From a virus (taxonomy: Duplodnaviria; Caudoviricetes): DNA of 64,000 nt. The position numbers and the translations under genes are program-made. The notes beneath the pieces were generated by a model that was not told the DNA's origin, did not search any database, and saw nothing but the letters and a program-made list of their open reading frames with translations. The stretch lies in the IMG/VR virus record IMGVR_UViG_2974666281_000001, positions 107,176 through 171,175 of that record; one strand, written 5' to 3'. Positions 57,462 to 64,000 of this stretch are shown in pieces (position 1 is the first letter of the stretch; each line of letters opens with the position of its first letter).

Positions 57462-58097
57462 TTAAGCCAGTACTTTAAGCATTGCTTTAACTTCGACCAG
57501 AGATGCAGTAGAAGTTGTGTCGATGTACACGTTTTTACCACCAATCTTAGTTGCAAAACCTGCATCAGAGAAAGCTTTAATTAAAGCTTCATCCATGTTG
57601 TAGCCAAAGATACGAACTTTACCATCACGGCGAACTTCAATCTGACGAACACCTTTAGTACGTTTAACCAGACGAACTTCTAAGTTACTACGGTTTTCAG
57701 CAATTTCTTTGATTTCGAAATCAGCATCTTCCATCGCAACTTTAACATCATCAGCCATTTTAGTCATTTCAGGAGTAACACCACGAGCACTACGTGTTTT
57801 ACGTACCTTAGTGAGTTCTGGTTTCTCTTCAGCGGCATAGATGTCAGCAGCTTTGTTAATGATGTCCATACCATCTTCAGTTACCATAAATCCATCAGCA
57901 GATTTTTCAATGAAACCTTTCTTAATCAGAACACCAATGTTTGAGTTCACTGAAGAAGCATTCATTGTTTCAGCCAGATTTTCACGGATTTCACTTGAAG
58001 TGATGAAGTTTTGTTTAACAACTTGAATCAGGATAGAAGCAGTTTTTTCGTTCAGTACGTCGTTAGAAGCTTTGATGATGTAAGTAACTTTAGACAT
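57462..58097 (-). CDS. motA: middle transcription activator MotA
   Basis: MSKVTYIIKASNDVLNEKTA...VNSNIGVLIKKG. Confidence 0.97.
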   Translation of the reverse strand: MSKVTYIIKASNDVLNEKTASILIQVVKQNFITSSEIRENLAETMNASSVNSNIGVLIKKGFIEKSADGFMVTEDGMDIINKAADIYAAEEKPELTKVRKTRSARGVTPEMTKMADDVKVAMEDADFEIKEIAENRSNLEVRLVKRTKGVRQIEVRRDGKVRIFGYNMDEALIKAFSDAGFATKIGGKNVYIDTTSTASLVEVKAMLKVLA

Positions 58098-58193
58098 TTT
58101 GTAACTCCATTATGTTTTAATCAAGGTTTTTTTATGTTTCAGCTCATTAGCTGATAGGTCTATAATAACACGTTTAATGCAGAAGTAAACACC

Positions 58194-58865
58194 TTATGCA
58201 AACATTTTTCTGCAAAGGTCCCACTGAACCATTGCGTAGCGTTCATTGTAGCCACAGTTCATGAATTCGCGCTTAAAGTTATCCATCCATAACCAGTTGT
58301 TATCATTAACTTTTTTGTCATGGAAGATACTGATTGCCAACTTAGTAGGCTTGGCTACACGTTTTGCCGGAGCTCCAAAATTTGGAGAAGAAGGTTTCTT
58401 AGAACGTGGTAATTCGCGATCAGTGAAAGCAGTTACGTCGAATTCTGATTCTTGACGAGTATGACCCGAGTTAATCATCCATTCTTCACGGAACCCAGCA
58501 CCACCACGAATGTTTGTAGTAGCACGAGCATGTTTGTCACCAAGTTCAATAGCTTTAGCACGCCATACCTTAGAGTGACCTTCACCTGGGGTTAATGCAT
58601 GTGCCAGTTCATGAAGGATCGTTTCTTCAACCTGAGCAGCCGTCATTGCAAAGAAGAAGTGTGCTTGAATAGCAACTTTCTTTCTCCATGCAGAGCAATA
58701 TCCAATGTTACGTTTTGAGGTAGACGAAACTACATGGAAAGTCCAACCATCAAGATTATGCTCTTTACATTTGGCTTCAAAGAAACCTTTAGCTGAATCA
58801 ACAGAATGATATAAGTGTCCGTTATCATAAAAAGCTTTAGATGCGATACGCTCGATAAGATTCAT
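58194..58865 (-). CDS. SprT-like zinc metalloprotease (start moved to ATG 58865)
   Basis: IGYC, TILHELAHAL, GHSKVWRAKAIELG pattern of the SprT family. Confidence 0.82.
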   Translation of the reverse strand: MNLIERIASKAFYDNGHLYHSVDSAKGFFEAKCKEHNLDGWTFHVVSSTSKRNIGYCSAWRKKVAIQAHFFFAMTAAQVEETILHELAHALTPGEGHSKVWRAKAIELGDKHARATTNIRGGAGFREEWMINSGHTRQESEFDVTAFTDRELPRSKKPSSPNFGAPAKRVAKPTKLAISIFHDKKVNDNNWLWMDNFKREFMNCGYNERYAMVQWDLCRKMFA

Positions 58866-58933
58866 TTTATTCTCCGTTTCAACATTTTGTCTGTAGAAGC
58901 ATAATATCATGTTCTTAGGAGATGTAAACACTT
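58861..58933 (-). repeat. early promoter/RBS cassette, copy 2
   Basis: Near-identical to 41069-41143. Confidence 0.9.
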
Positions 58934-59033
58934 TAAGCAAAAATATTTGGATGCGCAGGATAGCGCCAGGGAGATTTAATTTGAGAGGATGTAGAAACAT
59001 AAAAGGGACCCCTTTCGGAGTCCCTGAGCGTAC

Positions 59034-59174
59034 CTATGACAACAGAGTACGTAAAGAAGCCGCAAGTAACTTCAAAACAGCCCATAGAACTAGACCAGAA
59101 GCACAAGCAATTGACCAAGTGCTTCCAAATAAAACCATAAGTCCTATAGTAAGAACAGAGATAACAAAAGCCAT
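59034..59174 (-). CDS. motA.1-like small membrane protein (not in ORF track)
   Basis: MAFVISVLTIGLMVLFG...LRTLLS, 46 aa; coupled to the gene 52 stop. Confidence 0.7.
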   Translation of the reverse strand: MAFVISVLTIGLMVLFGSTWSIACASGLVLWAVLKLLAASLRTLLS

Positions 59175-60538
59175 TATTTGATTTCCTTTAAGTCATTAGT
59201 ATACTCGGTAACAACATCAGTTGTTTTCCAGTATTCATGTTCTTCTTTTTTAGACTTAGCTTCAAGTGCAAGTTTCTTGGCTTCGTCAGAAGTAATATGA
59301 TAGATGTTCATCGCGACCAGTTTATCTGCATAATCAGGCCATGTTTGAGCCACTTCTTCAAGTAATTGTTTACGAGTTTTACCTTGAAGAACAATTTTGC
59401 CATCAATAACTGTTTTAATGAATTGAGCTTTAGCCAAAGCTAATTTAAAGGCTTCTTCGGTTTCATTAATTTTTGAATCAATACGTTTTTGAACATATTC
59501 TTTACGAACTTCTACGAATCTACGAATCAAATCAGAAGCACAACTAAATTCTTCGAGCTTACCGTTTTCGTTGATAACAGTAATGTTCTGTGTACGACGT
59601 TCAATAAGACCAAAGTCTTTCATGATTTTTTCATGACGTTTTTCGTCATCTTCACCAAGAAAATATTCTTTACGGAATTTAATCTTAAAGCCGAACCCTT
59701 CTTCAGAACAGTCATCATCATAAGTGATGAAACCTTTATCTTCAAGAGGGTCTAATACTTTTTCAACATACTTAGTTCGGTCCCATTTATACGGGATTTC
59801 ACTGATGTACATCTGAGTTCTTGAAGTAAACTTGTATTTACCACGTATTTCATAACGGCCTGGTTCAGGCGAAGTAATGTAACCATCGAATAATGGGAAC
59901 GTTACATCAGGTTCTTTATTAAGCTTACCTTTAAGAGCCAGTTTAGTACATTCAACAATAGAAGCTAAACTATGTGGCATGATATTAGTCGCATAACCTG
60001 TAGCAATACCTGAAACACCATTCAAGAGAACAGTGGGAATTAAAGGCAGGTAAAAACGTGGTGGAATATGCTCTTCATCTTGATGAGCTGGTGCGTATTC
60101 AGTATCTTTGTAAATGCGATAAAAGTTATCAGATACACGCCCAAAGATATAACGTGACGCAGCAGCTTCTTGAACTAGGCGAGAACCAAAGTTACCTTGT
60201 CCATCTAATAATGGAAGGTTGTTGTTCCAATCATTAGCCATCAGAGCGCCTGCATCTTGAGCAGAACCTTCTCCGTGGTGATATCCTAAATCAGCTACAC
60301 CACCTGCAATAGATGCAAGTTTATGGAATTTGTTTTTATTACCACGAGCCAATTCCAATGCACGATGAATAACAAACCGTTGAACTGGTTTAAAACCATC
60401 TACCATATTAGGAATAGCACGTTGTTCTACAGTGTAGAGTGCATACGCTAATGCTTCATTATCAATAATACTTTTAAGGTCTCGAGAGTTCAATGAACCT
60501 AAAGTATCTTGTGCTTGTTTAAGAGTCATTTCTAACAT
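59174..60538 (-). CDS. 52: DNA topoisomerase II medium subunit gp52
   Basis: RAIPNMVDGFKPVQR, YHHGE, GNFGSR, AASRY active-site Tyr. Confidence 0.98.
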   Translation of the reverse strand: MLEMTLKQAQDTLGSLNSRDLKSIIDNEALAYALYTVEQRAIPNMVDGFKPVQRFVIHRALELARGNKNKFHKLASIAGGVADLGYHHGEGSAQDAGALMANDWNNNLPLLDGQGNFGSRLVQEAAASRYIFGRVSDNFYRIYKDTEYAPAHQDEEHIPPRFYLPLIPTVLLNGVSGIATGYATNIMPHSLASIVECTKLALKGKLNKEPDVTFPLFDGYITSPEPGRYEIRGKYKFTSRTQMYISEIPYKWDRTKYVEKVLDPLEDKGFITYDDDCSEEGFGFKIKFRKEYFLGEDDEKRHEKIMKDFGLIERRTQNITVINENGKLEEFSCASDLIRRFVEVRKEYVQKRIDSKINETEEAFKLALAKAQFIKTVIDGKIVLQGKTRKQLLEEVAQTWPDYADKLVAMNIYHITSDEAKKLALEAKSKKEEHEYWKTTDVVTEYTNDLKEIK

Positions 60539-60542
60539 ATTA

Positions 60543-60698
60543 TTACCCTATTAATGAACTGAGTTGTATAATAACATCAGTCAAGAAAAGCATAATAGAA
60601 GTAACGCCATAAGCCACTCCTACTCCAATTGCCATAAAAAGCGCCAATAAGGCGCCTAATATAAGCATACAACGGTTTAATGCTTGACGATAAGTCAT
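60543..60698 (-). CDS. small membrane protein (start moved to ATG 60698)
   Basis: MTYRQALNRCMLILGALLALFMAIGVG..., hydrophobic. Confidence 0.65.
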   Translation of the reverse strand: MTYRQALNRCMLILGALLALFMAIGVGVAYGVTSIMLFLTDVIIQLSSLIG

Positions 60699-60850
60699 GA
60701 TGCGTGTCGTATCCAAGAACAGAACGAAGAAATAATCCAGATGACTAAAAATGAGCCAATAGCAAATGCTGATGGAACCCATACACCAGTGAAATACATG
60801 GTCGTCATAACAATGGCAAGCAAGAACTCTAAGAAACAGAACAGAATCAT
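60695..60850 (-). CDS. small membrane protein, ac/52.x position (not in ORF track)
   Basis: MILFCFLEFLLAIVM...WIRHAS, 51 aa; ATGA coupling at both ends. Confidence 0.65.
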   Translation of the reverse strand: MILFCFLEFLLAIVMTTMYFTGVWVPSAFAIGSFLVIWIISSFCSWIRHAS

Positions 60851-61020
60851 TTAATAACCCCACACAATACGCAAAGACGTTCAAAAGCTAATACAAAGAC
60901 ACCTATGAAAGGAATCAATGCAACTTCTTCGTTAAGTGGTGCACCTAAAAATAAAAATGCACCAGCTACAGTTACAATGCCCAGCACGAAGAGATAGGCC
61001 ATTGCGAAGAATTCACGCAT
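60847..61020 (-). CDS. small membrane protein (not in ORF track)
   Basis: MREFFAMAYLFVLGIV...LCVLCGVIK, 57 aa; coupled to the ndd stop. Confidence 0.65.
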   Translation of the reverse strand: MREFFAMAYLFVLGIVTVAGAFLFLGAPLNEEVALIPFIGVFVLAFERLCVLCGVIK

Positions 61021-61466
61021 TACTGCAGGATGAACTCAAAGTTATCACCTAACATCAGGTTCATTTCAGTCAGGTTCTGGAACTCATCATTGTGGCGACG
61101 AGTGAAAGCTAGAGCCAATTGGCCTTTACCAAAACCAGTAGTCAGAGGTTTCATTTTTTCGATTGGCAGATACAGCACTTCGTACAGAACACCGTTATAG
61201 TGCATAGTGCGGTTAGCTTGGCTACGGTCAGAACGAATGTTACCCAGTACACCACGGAAGCCTTGACCTGAACGTTGACGCCCAATTGCAAAACGAGCAG
61301 CAACTTGGCGATGATCAGCTGCACCTTTAACAACGAAGTAGAAACCAGGCTGAGCAAGAACTTCATTATCTACGTAACCAACTGTGTTACCGTTTTTGAT
61401 GTGACAAACAGTAGTAGCGCCAACAGCTTTAAGAATACCACGGGTCATAGCTTTACGATTAGTCAT
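61020..61466 (-). CDS. ndd: nucleoid disruption protein Ndd
   Basis: PGFYFVVK, MKPLTTGFGKGQLALAFTR. Confidence 0.93.
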   Translation of the reverse strand: MTNRKAMTRGILKAVGATTVCHIKNGNTVGYVDNEVLAQPGFYFVVKGAADHRQVAARFAIGRQRSGQGFRGVLGNIRSDRSQANRTMHYNGVLYEVLYLPIEKMKPLTTGFGKGQLALAFTRRHNDEFQNLTEMNLMLGDNFEFILQ

Positions 61467-61533
61467 GTTAATTTCCTCAATAAGTTTAAGTTTTATACTC
61501 CACGGACATCATATAATGTCCGGTTTAAAGCAA

Positions 61534-61734
61534 TTATTTCTCTTGCCCGTTCCAAATAACTTCTACAACTGATTTTAAACCTTCTTCTTTGATAGCATCG
61601 ACTGCTACGTACAAAACATAAGCTTCAGCGGCGATTCCAGCCACGATCATAAAGAACACAAAGCCAAAGAACCATGGGAACAACTTCCACATCCAGCTTT
61701 GAGATTGACGAGATTGACCAAAGTTTTTACGCAT
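61534..61734 (-). CDS. ndd.x-like membrane protein
   Basis: TM helix; GLKSVVEVIWNG. Confidence 0.75.
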   Translation of the reverse strand: MRKNFGQSRQSQSWMWKLFPWFFGFVFFMIVAGIAAEAYVLYVAVDAIKEEGLKSVVEVIWNGQEK

Positions 61735-61741
61735 ATTTTCC

Positions 61742-61864
61742 TCAGAAGTAATTCAAATTGATAACTATAATATCCCAAATGAAGGCAAAAGTAAAAGCAC
61801 CAAACACTAAAGCAAAGATGAACATTATCTTTATAGCTTTAAAGATCTTTTTGATGAATTCCAT
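61742..61864 (-). CDS. ndd.x-like 40-aa membrane peptide (not in ORF track)
   Basis: MEFIKKIFKAIKIMFIFALVFG...; GGAGG RBS and early promoter. Confidence 0.7.
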   Translation of the reverse strand: MEFIKKIFKAIKIMFIFALVFGAFTFAFIWDIIVINLNYF

Positions 61865-61901
61865 ATTACCTCCATTTTGTCTGTAGGAGTACTATACCAC
61901 G

Positions 61902-62549
61902 TTATTCAGATGATGTAAACACCTTAAAGGCACATGAATCTTCATAGCCCCAATCGATACGTCCTGAGAGATACCAGCCAGTGTAATTGCTCTTTTTAAC
62001 TAGACCTGCTTCTTTCTTGAAGGCCATCTTATCTGCAAGTACGTAAGGGATAAGCTTGTACGCGCCTGGGGCCACTTTTTCAGACCAGAATATAATTATA
62101 ACATCCGCAACAGGGAATTCAATGAACGGCCCCAGGTTAATCCCATAACCACCTGGGTATCGCCCAAACCGACCTGTAGTACATCCTACCCATTGACGTT
62201 CATTATTAGCTTTACGGACCAAATCAACAGAAGAAGTTTTAACTTCAACTCTGAGTCCAGAATACTTAGGGTGGGCTAATACGTCATAAGCATAAGTGTG
62301 TGGGTCTTTTAGATTCTCTTTACCATGGTTTATATAACCATCAAGATGTTCAGCTACGTATCGTTCGGCCATAATAGCTATAGCGCATCGTTCATTAACA
62401 TCACTTTGGTCTTGGTCTGGATTTTGTTCTAACGAATATTTTGCGGTATCTTTAATTTTAACTAAGTCTTCAGAGCTCAAATCCTTGACCATGAAAGTCT
62501 TCGGCTTCAGTTCTGCTAGTCTGGTCCAGCCCGGATTCGTCAATTCCAT
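61902..62549 (-). CDS. denB: endonuclease IV (start moved to ATG 62549)
   Basis: MELTNPG...DTAKYSLEQNP...YAYDVLAHPKYSGLRVEVKT...GINLGP; GAGG RBS. Confidence 0.92.
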   Translation of the reverse strand: MELTNPGWTRLAELKPKTFMVKDLSSEDLVKIKDTAKYSLEQNPDQDQSDVNERCAIAIMAERYVAEHLDGYINHGKENLKDPHTYAYDVLAHPKYSGLRVEVKTSSVDLVRKANNERQWVGCTTGRFGRYPGGYGINLGPFIEFPVADVIIIFWSEKVAPGAYKLIPYVLADKMAFKKEAGLVKKSNYTGWYLSGRIDWGYEDSCAFKVFTSSE

Positions 62550-62772
62550 AGATACCTCTGATGTGTAGTTCGCCTTTGTAGATGCGGTCGTTTTCTGATA
62601 GGGTGGAGGAGTCGTCTGGCGGGAGTTCTTCAACGACTTCGGTACAGTGGAGCCATGCATAGTGGACGTCGCCTGGATGTTTGACGAGTTTTCGACAATA
62701 GACGATGTCGGCGTAGTGGTCACCACGAAGGTTAGAAATTTTCGAATCGCTGATATTAATTTCACGAATCAT
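62470..62772 (-). CDS. conserved hypothetical protein overlapping the denB 5' end
   Basis: GAGGA RBS; RGDHYA...HYAWL...GELHIRGIYG. Confidence 0.78.
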   Translation of the reverse strand: MIREINISDSKISNLRGDHYADIVYCRKLVKHPGDVHYAWLHCTEVVEELPPDDSSTLSENDRIYKGELHIRGIYGIDESGLDQTSRTEAEDFHGQGFEL

Positions 62773-62802
62773 ATTTTCCTCAATAAGGCCTTCAGGCCTT
62801 TA

Positions 62803-63003
62803 TTAAAAGTCGAAGTTGGAAATACGGTCTTCGAGGCAAAGCTCATAAGCTTTCATTGCATCAAGCTGCTGAGTTATTCTAAACTGTTCTTTAACGTCTA
62901 CACTATCGAAGGCTGCAGAAGCAATGAACTTTTCCAGAGCTTTTACTTTAACATGAAGTTCATCATATTCTTCGATTACACATTGTTGGTATGGAGCAAA
63001 CAT
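62803..63003 (-). CDS. rIIB.1/denB.1-like small protein
   Basis: EEYDEL...ALEKF...MKAYELCLEDRI. Confidence 0.8.
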   Translation of the reverse strand: MFAPYQQCVIEEYDELHVKVKALEKFIASAAFDSVDVKEQFRITQQLDAMKAYELCLEDRISNFDF

Positions 63004-63018
63004 AAGGCCTCTTTATAG

Positions 63019-63041
63019 AAAAAGGAGACCGAAGTCTCCTT
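63019..63041 (-). terminator. UUCG terminator after rIIB
   Basis: AAGGAGAC-TTCG-GTCTCC-TTTTT. Confidence 0.88.
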
Positions 63042-63046
63042 ATAAT

Positions 63047-63976
63047 TTACAGTGTACCAGCTTTGAAAGCTTCAGTTTTATCTTCCAGAACCAAGTAACC
63101 AGAAGTACGCATTTTAGCGTTGTTGTAGTCAACTGGAATACTTACAACATCTTTCGGGTGAACCTTAACGGACACAACTTTATTACCTTGGCAACCGCCG
63201 TAGTGACCCAGATAAGATTTAGAGCAAACGTGCAGACCTTGAGAACAAGTTCTGTTGTCGTCTTCATCGACCTGGTTACGTGGAACGCTCAGAGTTTTGC
63301 CTGGGCTGTTGTCCATTTTACCGGTATAGATGTCTAAGAAATCGCCACGAACTTTCTTCCAAGCGATGAAGTAACCATCTGCTGTGATTTCGATATCGTT
63401 GGCTTCCAGGAAGTCGTACAGACGATAAACAGCTTTACGGCTTGGGTTCAACATCAGGTTTTCAAGGAATGGCAGCAGGAAGGTGAATTCTTTACCTTCT
63501 TCCATCAAAGACAGAATACGCTTAGTCAGACCAGAATCGATAGCCAGGTCTTTATAAGTCAGTTCGCCATCTTCAATTTTAACGTTGCCTTTAACGAAGG
63601 CCTTTACAGCACGTTCAACGTTAATCAGGTCAAGTGCAGCCTGTACATCGCCGTCAACCAGTTTCTGCAGAGCTTGTTTGAAATTAGGATGGTCCTTATC
63701 AGCGTTCCAAGTTTCACGACCTTGAGAGATAGAAATGAACTTAGAGTTTGCATTCCAAATAAAGTCTGGTTTAGCTACTGGAGCAATGGTCACATTACCT
63801 GTAATAGTTACATTACCAACTTTAACCAGAGTTGGTTCAGCTTCTTTAATTACACGACGAATAGTGTCAGGAGATACGCCATAATCACGAGCTAGTTCAG
63901 ATTTGTTTTTCAGACCAGACTTAAAGGTCTTCACGATTTTTGCTTTTTCAGTTTTAGACAGAATTGATACGGCCAT
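63047..63976 (-). CDS. rIIB: RIIB protein
   Basis: N-terminal HTH (ELARDYGVSPDTIRRVI), PFLENL, CSQGLHVCS, PKDVVSIPVDY. Confidence 0.97.
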   Translation of the reverse strand: MAVSILSKTEKAKIVKTFKSGLKNKSELARDYGVSPDTIRRVIKEAEPTLVKVGNVTITGNVTIAPVAKPDFIWNANSKFISISQGRETWNADKDHPNFKQALQKLVDGDVQAALDLINVERAVKAFVKGNVKIEDGELTYKDLAIDSGLTKRILSLMEEGKEFTFLLPFLENLMLNPSRKAVYRLYDFLEANDIEITADGYFIAWKKVRGDFLDIYTGKMDNSPGKTLSVPRNQVDEDDNRTCSQGLHVCSKSYLGHYGGCQGNKVVSVKVHPKDVVSIPVDYNNAKMRTSGYLVLEDKTEAFKAGTL

Positions 63977-64000
63977 TATATTTACCTTTAGTAGGGGCTC

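Noticed and set aside
58934-59000. Slightly GC-rich spacer and upstream extension of the SprT-like ORF
   Set aside because: No clear repeat or structure found; the extension crosses the promoter cassette.
60699-60884. 5' part of the 113-aa ORF 60543-60884
   Set aside because: Better explained by coupled small ORFs in other frames.
62550-62765. 72-aa N-terminal extension of denB
   Set aside because: It is the alternative frame of the upstream 100-aa gene; DenB similarity and the RBS begin at 62549.
1-64000. tRNA or rRNA genes; remaining short opposite-strand ORFs in the track
   Set aside because: No cloverleaf or rRNA signature noticed (no tRNAscan run); the short ORFs overlap well-supported genes.

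Overview
About 64 kb of a T4-like (Straboviridae/Tevenvirinae-type) enterobacterial myophage genome, collinear with T4 from the end of gene 22 to rIIB. It contains: head genes (23, 24, hoc, inh); uvsW/uvsY; baseplate hub genes (25, 26, 51, 27, 28, 29, 48, 54); alt; DNA ligase; the 30.x accessory region; rIII, 31, cd, a DAHP synthase, pseT, spanins, alc, rnlA, denA; intron-less nrdB/nrdA/td; frd; 32, 59, 33, dsbA, rnh; long tail fibre genes 34-37; holin t; asiA, motA, 52, ndd, denB and rIIB. Gene identities come from recognising the translated proteins and T4 synteny; no database search was run. The most unusual locus is the fibre tip. Two divergent, short gp38-type adhesin genes lie in tandem and in the same frame. 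They are separated by a 180-bp structured spacer with a long inverted repeat, a GC-rich 26-bp tandem repeat, and hairpins over the second ribosome-binding site. Other notable items are a GIY-YIG endonuclease at the 33/59 junction, repeated early-promoter/RBS cassettes, promoters flanked by inverted repeats, an SprT-like protease near the topoisomerase gene, a SLOG/DprA-like gene coupled to RNA ligase 2, several paralogous accessory families, and small ORFs missed by the ORF track.
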